This document shows positions 16,670-25,698 of a stretch of 27,632 nt of DNA, piece after piece. How positions within the stretch are numbered: position 1 is the stretch's first letter; every line of letters starts with the position of its first letter. The notes below the pieces were generated by a model, which did no database searches, was not told the DNA's origin, and was given only the letters and a program-made list of their open reading frames with translations. This stretch comes from a virus. Lineage: Duplodnaviria > Caudoviricetes. Where the stretch lies: positions 1-27,632 of IMG/VR virus record IMGVR_UViG_3300020045_016671; one strand, given 5' to 3'. A program made the translations under genes and the position numbers.

Positions 16670-17059
16670 ATGCGATCAAGAAATATAAAGCCAGCCCTGT
16701 TCAAGAACGAACTTCTCGCGGAATGCGATCCCCTGGCCAGGCTGATGTTCACCGGTTTGTGGTGCATGGCAGACCGGGAAGGACTCCTGGAGTACCGTCC
16801 GAAGAGGATCAAAGTTGAGGTATTGCCGTATGACAACGTGGACATCGAGAAGCTCCTGCAGCAGCTGGAAGACAGAGGATTCATTAAAATATACACAATA
16901 AAAACGAACAAGTACATCCAGGTGGTTAATTTCTTAAAGCACCAAAACTGCCACATCCATGAGCAAAAAAGCACCATACCAGCACCAGACTTATATAGTG
17001 CAAGCACCGTGCAAGCACCATGCAAGTACAAGTTGAACACCAGGGAGGCACCGGGGTAG
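16670..17059 (+). CDS. Phage replication initiator, N-terminal domain only
   Basis: R.RNIKP.LF.NE.LAE..PLARL.F.GLWC.ADREG.LE.RP.RIK..VLPYD...YIQ..NF.KHQ..H..E..S.IPAP is the N-terminus of a common phage initiator family; ends within iteron repeats. Confidence 0.75.
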   Translation: MRSRNIKPALFKNELLAECDPLARLMFTGLWCMADREGLLEYRPKRIKVEVLPYDNVDIEKLLQQLEDRGFIKIYTIKTNKYIQVVNFLKHQNCHIHEQKSTIPAPDLYSASTVQAPCKYKLNTREAPG

Positions 17060-17150
17060 CATGGTTGTTGCCCGGCTGATTCCTGATTCCTGATTCCAAA
17101 AAGATTTCACCAGGAGAAGATAGTAATATAGATTGTTAATAGTTTATAAA
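16970..17150. repeat. Putative replication origin: 11-bp-period iterons, CTGATTC x3, AT-rich tract
   Basis: Units at 16970, 16981, (16992), 17003, 17014, 17025, 17036, 17047, 17058 with consensus near AGCACCRTGCA; CTGATTC at 17076, 17083, 17090; AT-rich 17098-17150. Confidence 0.7.
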
Positions 17151-17161
17151 GGGGGCTTGGC

Positions 17162-17962
17162 ATGACAGAGAATTTTTTCGACTACTTTCCCGGCAGGAAA
17201 ACAGTCCAGACCTTCGATGACCGTGGCGTGAATAAGAGCTTGGCAAGGATCATCCATTTCGATAAGGTGAACTTGGGGATGATGAAGACACTGGAGCATT
17301 TGAACAGCAAAGGTGCCGGGATCTATATGTGCATAAACGAGACAGACGGGAAGGGGCGCAAGGCCTCCAACGTGATCAAGGTTCGATCATGCTATGCAGA
17401 CCTGGATGGATCTCCGGTAGAGAAGGCCATGGAGTACAGGCCATCGATGGTGGTGGAAAGCTCTCCAGGGAAGTACCATTGCTATTGGTTCACCCAGGAT
17501 GTACCGCTACAGGCGTTCAGTGAAGTCCAGAAAAACATCATTCGGGCGCTGGGATCTGACCATGCAGTCCATGACCTTCCAAGAGTTCTTCGGGTTCCCG
17601 GATACTTTCACAAGAAAAAAGAACCATTCCTGACCAGGATCGTATCGTACACAGGCGATATGTTCAAGTTCCGCGACCTGGTGGCGTTCTTTCCGCCGGT
17701 ACCGCGTCCGAAGTGGTCGGCTAAGAAGTACCAGATCGATAAACGGTCGGCGGATCCGGAAGGGTACAAAGGAAACTATGGAGCATCAAACGGATCGAGG
17801 AACGTGCATATCTTCAAGAGGATTGGTGGGATGATCAAGAGAGGGAAGTCCTGGGACTACATCGAGCAGGAGGCAGCGAAAGAGAACCAGGCCTGTAACC
17901 CACCACTGGAAGCTGAAGAATTCCAGGCACTGATTCGCAGCGCCAGGAGGTATTATGTATAG
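17162..17962 (+). CDS. RepB-type (AEP) DNA primase with C-terminal PriCT domain
   Basis: QTFDD...GAGIY..INETDG.GRK..NV..VR...ADLDG...VESSPGKYH.YW...D.PRVLRVPG.FH.K; C-terminal GSRN...N..CNPPL...E....I.SA. Confidence 0.85.
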   Translation: MTENFFDYFPGRKTVQTFDDRGVNKSLARIIHFDKVNLGMMKTLEHLNSKGAGIYMCINETDGKGRKASNVIKVRSCYADLDGSPVEKAMEYRPSMVVESSPGKYHCYWFTQDVPLQAFSEVQKNIIRALGSDHAVHDLPRVLRVPGYFHKKKEPFLTRIVSYTGDMFKFRDLVAFFPPVPRPKWSAKKYQIDKRSADPEGYKGNYGASNGSRNVHIFKRIGGMIKRGKSWDYIEQEAAKENQACNPPLEAEEFQALIRSARRYYV

Positions 17963-19469
17963 GAATATCTTCGACATAAAACCGATCGAACTGAAGCCGC
18001 TGCAGCAGTACTCTCTGGATGAGATCCGGAAGGCCATGGCATCGACGAAGAAGCTGATCTATATGGCAGCGACCGGCATGGGGAAGACGATCATCGCCGC
18101 GCAGATCGCAAAGAATGCCAGGGAGAAGGGCAAGAAGGTGGTTTTCATTGCCGACCGGATCGTCCTTTGCCAGCAGACGAGCGATGTCTTCCTGAGGTAC
18201 GGGATAATGCATGGCGTCATCCAGGCGCAGCATGAGCGGTTCGATATCGACCAGCCTGTGCAGATCTGCAGCATCCAGACGCTGAAGCTGCGAGGATGCC
18301 CGAAGGCTGATCTGATCATCATCGATGAGGCGCACGTCCTTCACGATGCCCACAAGGAGATCATGCAGGAGAACCCAGCAGCGTACGTCCTTGGCCTCAC
18401 AGCGACACCGTACACAATAGGCCTGGGGAAGTACTTCGACCGGCATATCCAGCCTGTGACCGTGAAGAGGCTGATCAAGGAGGGGTACCTGGTACCGTTC
18501 GACATCTACGGACCATCGATCGCTGATCTCAGTAAGCTGAAGGTGAAGGCGGGAGAGTACACCGAAGAGAGCCTGGCGGAGGCGTACGACAAAAAGGACA
18601 TCGTCGGTGATGTTGTTCATCAGTGGAAGAAGCTTTGCCCTGGTAAGAAGACAATCGTTTTTGGCGTTAATGTCGCGCACATAAAGCACCTCACAGAAAG
18701 ATTCATCGAAAATGGCATCTCAGCGGTGGTGATCCACGCGTACCAGACAGAAGAGGAACGGCACCAGGCGCTGGAGTCCTTCATAAGGGGTAACACGACG
18801 GTCCTGTGCAGCGTCGAGGTAGCGACAAAGGGGTTCGATTGCCCGAACGTCGAGGTGGCCGTCCTGTCCGTCGCAACGAAGTCTATGACAAAATGGACGC
18901 AGACAACGGGCCGGGCGCTGCGGACGTACGACGGGAAGGAAAGAGCGATCATCCTGGACCTGGGCGGGAACGCTGCGCGCCTTGGATTCCCGGATGATTA
19001 TGAGTTCTTCGGCCTGGATGATGGCACCAAGAAGAAAAAGCAGGAGCCGATCAAGAAGGAGCGCCTCCCGAAGGTATGCCCCAGCTGCGACTTCCTCAAG
19101 CCGATTGGCGTCCATACTTGTCCTGCCTGTGGGTTCACTCCGGAGAAGAAGAGCGATGTCGAGGCGGCAGATGGAGATCTCAAGAAGCTGCAGCGGAAGG
19201 CGAAGAAGGAATACACGATCGAGGATAAGCAGTTATTCCTGGCGCAGCTGAACACATACGCTGAGTCGAAGGGAATGAAGAGGAGCCCGAAGGGCATCTA
19301 TGGTTTCGCAATCTATGCCTATGCTGACAAATTCGGAACGCAGCCATCGGGAAAAGTGGATTGGACGATGAGGGCTCCGATAGGGGAAGAGGTCCGAAAA
19401 TTCCTTACCTGGAGGAACATTAAATGGGCGTATAGACCAGGACAACAATCACAAGGAGGTTCAAGATGA
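17955..19469 (+). CDS. SF2 DEAH helicase with C-terminal Zn finger
   Basis: TGMGKT, IIDEAH, GLTATP, TKGFD.P, Q..GR.LR, CPSC...CPACG. Confidence 0.92.
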   Translation: MYRNIFDIKPIELKPLQQYSLDEIRKAMASTKKLIYMAATGMGKTIIAAQIAKNAREKGKKVVFIADRIVLCQQTSDVFLRYGIMHGVIQAQHERFDIDQPVQICSIQTLKLRGCPKADLIIIDEAHVLHDAHKEIMQENPAAYVLGLTATPYTIGLGKYFDRHIQPVTVKRLIKEGYLVPFDIYGPSIADLSKLKVKAGEYTEESLAEAYDKKDIVGDVVHQWKKLCPGKKTIVFGVNVAHIKHLTERFIENGISAVVIHAYQTEEERHQALESFIRGNTTVLCSVEVATKGFDCPNVEVAVLSVATKSMTKWTQTTGRALRTYDGKERAIILDLGGNAARLGFPDDYEFFGLDDGTKKKKQEPIKKERLPKVCPSCDFLKPIGVHTCPACGFTPEKKSDVEAADGDLKKLQRKAKKEYTIEDKQLFLAQLNTYAESKGMKRSPKGIYGFAIYAYADKFGTQPSGKVDWTMRAPIGEEVRKFLTWRNIKWAYRPGQQSQGGSR

Positions 19470-20164
19470 AAGGCTTATCGTTCAGCGAACCGATGGTTAG
19501 GGCATGGATGGAGGGACGCAAGACGGTTACGAGGCGGATGATGAATCCGCAGCCGGGACGGGACATCACAGAACTACTCGAAGGACCGCCAGGAAGCGGT
19601 GTTTTTCTTGCCTACATCAAGCAAAAATACGGGCAGGAGTATGAAATTAAGCCCCGCTACCTCCCCGGCGAGACGGTCTATATCAAGGAGGTGTGGGGTC
19701 TCCTTGATGCCGATTTCCATCCCGTTCCATTGCCATACAGGAACAAGCCCTATTATGCCTATGCCCATATTGCCTACAAGGCCGACCATGTAACAGGGAA
19801 CGATGGCCCAGAAAGAGTGTCGTGGAAGTCACCCATGATGATGCCCTCTTGGGCCGCCCGAAGTCATGCCCGGATCATCAGTGTTAGGCCGGAGAGGGTG
19901 CAGGATATCACGGAGAAAGAGGCGATACGAGAGGGAATAGAGAGGGAGACTGCCCACGGTAAAGATTTGGGATGGAAGAATTATCTTTGGCATGGGCATT
20001 TTGGTAGTTATGGGATGGGAAACAAAAAAAGCGACGCATGGCCGTACCAATACAGCACATACAAAGATGCAGTAGGGTCATTCTCTTCCCTTTGGGACTC
20101 CATCCACCCCGGCAGTTGGGATAAAAACCCGTGGGTGTGGCGCATTGAATTGGAGAAGATGTAA
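19466..20164 (+). CDS. ASCH/PUA-like domain protein
   Basis: F...MVRA..EGRKT.TRR...PGE.VY.KE...W.SP..MP.WAAR...ERVQDI.E.EA..EG...F..LW.SI...W..NPWVW.IE. Confidence 0.8.
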   Translation: MKGLSFSEPMVRAWMEGRKTVTRRMMNPQPGRDITELLEGPPGSGVFLAYIKQKYGQEYEIKPRYLPGETVYIKEVWGLLDADFHPVPLPYRNKPYYAYAHIAYKADHVTGNDGPERVSWKSPMMMPSWAARSHARIISVRPERVQDITEKEAIREGIERETAHGKDLGWKNYLWHGHFGSYGMGNKKSDAWPYQYSTYKDAVGSFSSLWDSIHPGSWDKNPWVWRIELEKM

Positions 20165-20203
20165 AAACCGTAATCGAGACAATAGAAAGAAAGGGGATAA
20201 AAG

Positions 20204-20623
20204 ATGATCAACAAGGCGATTTTATTGGGTAGGTTGGGTAAGGATCCGGACGTGCGGTATATGCCGAACGGCAACCAGGTGACGTCATTCTCTGTGGCCA
20301 CCGACGAGAAGTGGAAGGACAAACAGACAGGGGAGTTGGTTCAGAAAACGGAGTGGCATTATATTACAACCTTTGGTAAACTGGCAGAAATCTGTGGCCA
20401 GTATCTGTCGAAGGTGAAACTGGTCTATGTCGAAGGGAAGATCCAGACCCAGCAGTGGACCGACAAAGAAGGCGGTAAGCACTCCAGGACTCAGATCGTG
20501 GCGGACACAATGAAGATGCTCGATGGCAAGGGTGATGGCCAGCAGAGCAACACCCAGGAGCGTCCTCCGGCGGATCCGGGAGCGAACCAGAACACAAACC
20601 AAGAAGATGACGTCCCGTTCTGA
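20204..20623 (+). CDS. ssb: Single-stranded DNA-binding protein
   Basis: INKAILLGRLGKDP.VRY...FSVAT.E.W.DK..GE....TEWH...VYVEG; acidic tail EDDVPF. Confidence 0.95.
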   Translation: MINKAILLGRLGKDPDVRYMPNGNQVTSFSVATDEKWKDKQTGELVQKTEWHYITTFGKLAEICGQYLSKVKLVYVEGKIQTQQWTDKEGGKHSRTQIVADTMKMLDGKGDGQQSNTQERPPADPGANQNTNQEDDVPF

Positions 20624-20634
20624 GGAGGTGACCA

Positions 20635-20799
20635 ATGCAGCCAGTGAAGATACCATCGTACATTCTGGATCAGAGTTATATGCGGCAGCGCCGGAAGAAA
20701 AGGCGCGAGAACATCATCCACACGCTGAAGGACATCGCGTTCCTGGCGATGTTGTTCATTGTGGCCTATGCCTTCCTGTACGCTTGGGGTGGCCAATAA
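20635..20799 (+). CDS. 54-aa membrane-anchored basic protein (not in ORF track)
   Basis: SD GAGGAGGTG; MQPVKIPSYILDQSYMRQRRKKRRENIIHTLKDIAFLAMLFIVAYAFLYAWGGQ. Confidence 0.6.
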   Translation: MQPVKIPSYILDQSYMRQRRKKRRENIIHTLKDIAFLAMLFIVAYAFLYAWGGQ

Positions 20800-20818
20800 C
20801 ATTCAAGGAGGAACTATC

Positions 20819-21139
20819 ATGGCAGTAAAAATCATGCACATCGGCGGAACGACGTTCATCGGTGATCTGGTCAACCTGGGCCGGGTACTCAAGAACCCGC
20901 GAGTGATCCGGGTGGACAGTATCCCATCGAAACTGGCCGGAGCGCCGGAGCAGAAGGTGGTGAGCTTCAACACGCTTTTTGATCATCCGGCATCGATGGA
21001 GGTTGGGTCATTCAATTACGCGTACCCGGCCAGCGCCCAGGTGGCGCAGATGTATAACCAGACCCTGGTGCAAAGGGCTCCGGCTCCGTTCGAAGGGAAG
21101 ACGGTGCCGCCGGAAGTAGACCCGGTGACGGTGCAATAA
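20819..21139 (+). CDS. Hypothetical protein
   Basis: SD AAGGAGG before ATG 20819; TAATG coupling with the next gene. Confidence 0.65.
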   Translation: MAVKIMHIGGTTFIGDLVNLGRVLKNPRVIRVDSIPSKLAGAPEQKVVSFNTLFDHPASMEVGSFNYAYPASAQVAQMYNQTLVQRAPAPFEGKTVPPEVDPVTVQ

Positions 21140-21768
21140 TGTGGTGCATGGAGCCCATGCCAGGGGATATAGTTCTGGCCAGGAAGATCGTCAAGGAGCA
21201 GCACGAACACGATATGTTTGGCGAGGCTGTCAGGGATAGGTTCCATGCAAAGTATGAGGCGAGGCTTCACGCGACGGTGGGGGAGATAATCTTCCGCCGT
21301 CGCTTTGGCCTTCCTCCTCCGGAACGGGAATCGTACGACAAGAGCGATGCCATCCTGGGGAACTTCCGTATCGATGTCAAGACGCTGATGCAGGGATCCC
21401 ATGGCAAGCCGCTGCCGGAATACCAGAACAACATCAAAGCGACTCAGATGGGGACGGTAAACACCCTGGTGGTGTTCCTTCGGTTCGTTGTGCCGGAGAA
21501 CGTCTTCTGGATGTGCGGCTGGTCGTCGAAGGCCAGGATCCGACAGCTTGGGAGTATCAAGGCGAAAAATGACACTTTGGACAACGGAAAGAAGTGTTTG
21601 GAGCCCATGTTTCAGATTATGAATGCCGATTTACATCACATGGGGATACTGTGGTACTTTTGCAACAACCACAAACCACCAGGTGGACTGATCGAATGGG
21701 ACGCCTGGAACACAGAACACAGGGGGACGCATTATGCCTCAATACGAACCCATGACAAAGGGGATTGA
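21139..21768 (+). CDS. Restriction-endonuclease-like PD-(D/E)XK protein
   Basis: VGE.......YD..D.......IDVKT...GW pattern. Confidence 0.6.
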   Translation: MWCMEPMPGDIVLARKIVKEQHEHDMFGEAVRDRFHAKYEARLHATVGEIIFRRRFGLPPPERESYDKSDAILGNFRIDVKTLMQGSHGKPLPEYQNNIKATQMGTVNTLVVFLRFVVPENVFWMCGWSSKARIRQLGSIKAKNDTLDNGKKCLEPMFQIMNADLHHMGILWYFCNNHKPPGGLIEWDAWNTEHRGTHYASIRTHDKGD

Positions 21769-21898
21769 TGCCATTGGAGAAATGATGATCCGGGGAAGAT
21801 ACGAGCAGGATGAGATCGTCGAAGAGGATCCGATCATCCCGAACGATTACCATACCGACATAGCCTGGGTGAGCGAGTACGTCCCTGGTGACGAATAA
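21734..21898 (+). CDS. Small acidic hypothetical protein (not in ORF track)
   Basis: AGGGGG before ATG 21734; MPQYEPMTKGIDAIGEMMIRGRYEQDEIVEEDPIIPNDYHTDIAWVSEYVPGDE; start uncertain. Confidence 0.4.
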   Translation: MPQYEPMTKGIDAIGEMMIRGRYEQDEIVEEDPIIPNDYHTDIAWVSEYVPGDE

Positions 21899-21900
21899 GC

Positions 21901-21930
21901 TTGACTTTTTTTGCGATTTATGCATATAAG
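21901..21930 (+). promoter_or_regulatory. Putative promoter for the packaging/late operon
   Basis: TTGACT, 18 nt, TATAAG in an AT-rich gap before the small terminase. Confidence 0.5.
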
Positions 21931-21975
21931 ACCATCTCAGATTAAGTCCTTCAACCGGGATGGAGCTTGACGCTT

Positions 21976-22569
21976 ATGGGTAGCAACGCCAGGGGATCAA
22001 AAAAACAGACTGCGCCATCAGCGAAACGTCAACCAGGATCCGTTGCTGACCTACCCACAAGCCTCCCCACTCCAGAAGGGCTCAAGACCTCTTTCGAAGG
22101 TACGCCCGAAGTACCCGGAAATCCCTCGACAGAACCAACAATCAGAAAGCATCCAGGAGGACGTCCATGTAAATTCACCGACCCGGCGGAAGTGCAGCGC
22201 CTTGGTGATGAGTACTTCGCCAAGATGGAGCAAGAGAAGAGGTACCCCACGATCACCGGGCTGGCGATTCACTTGGGAACCTACAGGGATACACTCATAA
22301 GCATGGGAAAGAAGGACGAGTTTTTCGACGTAATAAAAGGACTCAAGGAACGGGTCCACAACTTCGTCGAAGAGAGGCTCATGGGGAACAGCCCGACCGG
22401 CGCAATCTTCTGGCTGAAGAATTACGGTTGGCACGATACCCAGCAAACCATCTTCCCGGATAAGGACGGCAATCCCCAGGCGATCAATCCGACGTTCAAC
22501 AATACCGAACGAGCAGCCAGGATGATCTTCCTCATCGAACAGGCAACAAAGCGCAAGGGGAAAGAATGA
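21976..22569 (+). CDS. terS: Terminase small subunit
   Basis: GGRP.KF...EYF...PTITGLA.HLG..R.TL...EF.DVI...EE.L...GAIFWLKN.GW.D; precedes TerL; start is either TTG 21967 or ATG 21976. Confidence 0.85.
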   Translation: MGSNARGSKKQTAPSAKRQPGSVADLPTSLPTPEGLKTSFEGTPEVPGNPSTEPTIRKHPGGRPCKFTDPAEVQRLGDEYFAKMEQEKRYPTITGLAIHLGTYRDTLISMGKKDEFFDVIKGLKERVHNFVEERLMGNSPTGAIFWLKNYGWHDTQQTIFPDKDGNPQAINPTFNNTERAARMIFLIEQATKRKGKE

Positions 22570-24125
22570 ACCAGGCGCAATCCCACGTCGAGATCTTGAA
22601 CCGCATGGAAGGCCTCATGGCCACCCTCACGCTCGAGGAACAGGCGGAGATGGACCGTGGGCTCTTCGAAGAGACTCCATTGTGGGTGCCATTGCCTGGT
22701 CCTCAGACTTGGGCGTACAATTCACCGGCAGACATTCTCTTCTATGGGGGATCCGCCGGAGGGGGAAAGAGCGACCTTCTCCTGGGCCTGGCCTGTAACG
22801 AACATGACACCTCGATCATCTACCGGCGTCAGACCACCCAGCTGGTTGCGCTGCAGTCCAGACTCCTCGATGAGATCGTCAAGTCCCGGAAGGGATGGAA
22901 TGGCCAGGAAGACATCCTGCGCCTGTCTCCGACCAGGAAGATCGAATTCGGCAGCTGCAACAATGCCGGTGATGAGCAGAAGTACCAGGGACGGCCTCAC
23001 GCGCTGAAGGGGTTCGATGAGATAACCCACTTCCTGGAGAGCCAGTTCCGCTTCCTCATTGGATGGATGCGATCGACGGTGGTCGGTCAGCGCCAGAGAG
23101 TGGTGGCGGCAGGTAACCCACCCACTACCGAAGAAGGCCGATGGGTGATCCAGTATTGGGCTCCCTGGCTGGATGATAAGCATCCGAACCCGGCCATGCC
23201 TGGTGAGCTTCGATGGTTCACCACGATCGACGGCAAGGATGTAGAGTGCAAGGACGGGAGCCCCATCGAGGTCAATGGCGAGATGGTGCAGCCGATGAGC
23301 CGCACGTTCATCCCGTCCAGCGTCAAGGACAACCCCTTCCTGCTGCGAACGGGATACGCCGCGACCCTACAGGCGCTCCCGGAGCCTCTCCGCTCTCAGA
23401 TGCTCCTGGGCGATTTTAAGTCGGGGATCCAGGATAGTGCCTGGCAGATAATGCCGACAGCCTGGGTGGAAGCTGCCATGGACCGATGGTCACCTGACGG
23501 CAGGAAGAACAACCCGATGGACTCTGTCGGCGTCGATGTGGCCAGGGGAGGAACGGACTACACCGTCGTGGCACCTCGCCATGGCTCCTGGTACGCAAAG
23601 GTCGAGAAGATCGAAGGCAAAAAGACGCCGAATGGATCCGCAGCGGCTGGATTCGTCGTGGCTCATCTTCGGGACCGGGCCGTCGTTCATGTCGATGCGC
23701 TGGGCATAGGTGGCGAATGCATCGGCCATCTTGAAAGCGCAGGGATCCAGGTCGACGCAGTGGTGGGATACGATACGAAGACCGTTGAAGGTCAGCACGA
23801 TAAGGCAACACAGAAATTGAAGTTCCGCAACCGGCGCGCAATGATTCACTGGCGCTTCCGCGAGAGCCTGGACCCGGTGACGGGAGACAATATCGCTCTC
23901 CCTCCGGATCCCGAACTGAAGTCAGACCTCTGCAGCACATTGTGGAAGTTGACGCCTGGCGGGATCCTGTGCGAGGAGAAGGAAGAGGTCAAGAAGAGGA
24001 TCGGCAGGAGCCCCGACAAAGGGGACGCGGTCATCTATGCAGGGATAGTGACTCCGAAGCGAGGATCGATCCCTGGAGGCAAGAACATCACCCAGGCAGA
24101 GGAGTGGAACCCGTTCGATGAATAG
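22566..24125 (+). CDS. terL: Terminase large subunit
   Basis: YGGSAGGGKS Walker A, FDEITHF Walker B, GNPP, DNPFL, GVDVARGG.D nuclease motif, RSPD.GDA. Confidence 0.95.
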   Translation: MNQAQSHVEILNRMEGLMATLTLEEQAEMDRGLFEETPLWVPLPGPQTWAYNSPADILFYGGSAGGGKSDLLLGLACNEHDTSIIYRRQTTQLVALQSRLLDEIVKSRKGWNGQEDILRLSPTRKIEFGSCNNAGDEQKYQGRPHALKGFDEITHFLESQFRFLIGWMRSTVVGQRQRVVAAGNPPTTEEGRWVIQYWAPWLDDKHPNPAMPGELRWFTTIDGKDVECKDGSPIEVNGEMVQPMSRTFIPSSVKDNPFLLRTGYAATLQALPEPLRSQMLLGDFKSGIQDSAWQIMPTAWVEAAMDRWSPDGRKNNPMDSVGVDVARGGTDYTVVAPRHGSWYAKVEKIEGKKTPNGSAAAGFVVAHLRDRAVVHVDALGIGGECIGHLESAGIQVDAVVGYDTKTVEGQHDKATQKLKFRNRRAMIHWRFRESLDPVTGDNIALPPDPELKSDLCSTLWKLTPGGILCEEKEEVKKRIGRSPDKGDAVIYAGIVTPKRGSIPGGKNITQAEEWNPFDE

Positions 24126-24558
24126 CGAGATCCATGTACGAGAACTGAAGGCGGACAATGTGAGCGATTGGACGGCGATCGATTACACGGTCCACCGTGC
24201 CGCTCCTCCCGTCGAGGTCACTTCGGAAACGATCTTCCGGATCCGCGAGGCGATCAAGGCTGGTGAAATGAAGGCCTGGCTGTTCAGCAACGGGACGCCG
24301 ATAGGTGTGGCGCTGACCACGATACGCGAAGACGAGATCCTGGGACGCAAGGAGATGATCGTTTATGCCGCTGCCGGGCTCCGGGACATCTCAAACGACG
24401 AATGGATGGGCTGCTACGATAAGATGCGCCTCCATTCAAAATTACATGGATGTACGCACATCAGTTTCTACACCCACGTCGAGCGCCTGGTGAAGCTGGC
24501 GGCAGCGATGGGCGCAAGCGAGACTCTGCGATACGTCCAAATACCGATGGGAGGGTGA
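24118..24558 (+). CDS. Hypothetical protein, possibly GNAT-like fold
   Basis: W......IGV..T.I.......+.VYAAAG...GC..I.F.T pattern; position among podovirus virion genes. Confidence 0.5.
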   Translation: MNSEIHVRELKADNVSDWTAIDYTVHRAAPPVEVTSETIFRIREAIKAGEMKAWLFSNGTPIGVALTTIREDEILGRKEMIVYAAAGLRDISNDEWMGCYDKMRLHSKLHGCTHISFYTHVERLVKLAAAMGASETLRYVQIPMGG

Positions 24559-24559
24559 T

Positions 24560-24790
24560 ATGCTGGAAAGATCAATACGACTTGGAGTTGTGAACTGCTT
24601 TGGTGGTGGCGGAGGTGGCTATGTGGCACCCGCTCCGGAGCCTCCGAAGGCATCAAATGTGGAAGTGCAACAGGCCATGGAGAAGGAAAGAGCCCTGGCC
24701 AGGAAGCGCAAGGGTAGGAGTTCGACGGTCCTCACTGGCGGGACGGGACTCGCGGATGATTCCAATGGCAATATACTGCTGGGGCAATAA
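24560..24790 (+). CDS. Small virion protein of the type found before T7/BPP-1-like portals
   Basis: CFGGGGGG..APAPEPP...RKRKGRSSTVLTGG.G....LLGQ. Confidence 0.7.
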   Translation: MLERSIRLGVVNCFGGGGGGYVAPAPEPPKASNVEVQQAMEKERALARKRKGRSSTVLTGGTGLADDSNGNILLGQ

Positions 24791-25698
24791 TGACAAGCCG
24801 AAACCAAAAAGTCCCGATTGTCACGCTTCCGGTGGACATTCAGAAGTACAAGGATGCCGCCGTTGGCACGGACAACCCAATAGCGACAACTGAACAGTCT
24901 CCGATCACGGATCTGCCTGTCCAGATGTCGGACGGGGACAACGTGGTTGAGGGGTCGCTCGCTGATGCGGCGGTTGCGGCGGGGGCTGCTGGGAGTATAT
25001 CCGCGAAGCTCCGCAGACTGACTACCGACATCGATGCGCTGCTCACTGAACTGAAGCTAAAGGCAGACCTGACTGAAACGCAGCCCGTGGGCATTCTCGG
25101 GTATCGGTCAAGTGATGGTACGTTCCAGCCTCTTCGTCTGGACAAGGCGACGAATACTCTCCAGACCATCGAGTATGAACACCATGAGATTCATGCCGGG
25201 TCTTCGTTCACTTGCCACTTCAATAACGATGTTACGAACATCGGTGAGCAGACGGGCATCGCTTTCAATACTCCGAATACGACGAAGTGGCTACACATCC
25301 AGGTCACGGCAGTGGCAACGGGGGCGGCGTATATCTCCATCTACGAAGTGGCAGACCTTGATGTGGATGAGGGGACCGACCTTGCCGTCTATAACCGGGA
25401 CAGGAATAGTCTTACGGAATCGGAAGTTTCAAGCATAGAGACTGCGCCAGAAGCAGGGAAGGCGACAAGCTATAACGAAGCTCAACTCGCAGGGTCGACA
25501 CTCTCCACGGCAACCGAAATCATGCGGAAGTACATTGGACAAGCCGGGAAGAGCGGTATCGGTGGAGAGACAAGGGCGATCGGGGAGTTCATTCTGAAGC
25601 AGGGGACACAGTATGCGTTTGTGATTACAAGCTTGACGGCGGATGATGCCACGCACAATATCACGCTTGATTGGTACGAGCATCAAAGTATAACCTGA
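24790..25698 (+). CDS. Hypothetical structural protein (beta-rich C-terminal domain)
   Basis: 302 aa, TAATG-coupled, lies in the late operon; TIEYEHHEIH.G and W.E terminus. Confidence 0.6.
   Translation: MTSRNQKVPIVTLPVDIQKYKDAAVGTDNPIATTEQSPITDLPVQMSDGDNVVEGSLADAAVAAGAAGSISAKLRRLTTDIDALLTELKLKADLTETQPVGILGYRSSDGTFQPLRLDKATNTLQTIEYEHHEIHAGSSFTCHFNNDVTNIGEQTGIAFNTPNTTKWLHIQVTAVATGAAYISIYEVADLDVDEGTDLAVYNRDRNSLTESEVSSIETAPEAGKATSYNEAQLAGSTLSTATEIMRKYIGQAGKSGIGGETRAIGEFILKQGTQYAFVITSLTADDATHNITLDWYEHQSIT

Noticed and set aside
17057-17086. Stop-codon recoding to explain in-frame TAG and TGA in the initiator
   Set aside because: TAG, TGA and TAA all terminate other genes properly, and conserved genes are uninterrupted.
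16970-17096. Repeats as a CRISPR array
   Set aside because: Contiguous 11-bp and 7-bp units without spacers; no cas genes; iteron context fits better.
20405-20430. SSB reads LSKVKLVY where LxKG is usual
   Set aside because: A single-base difference that could be polymorphism or sequencing error; cannot be assessed.
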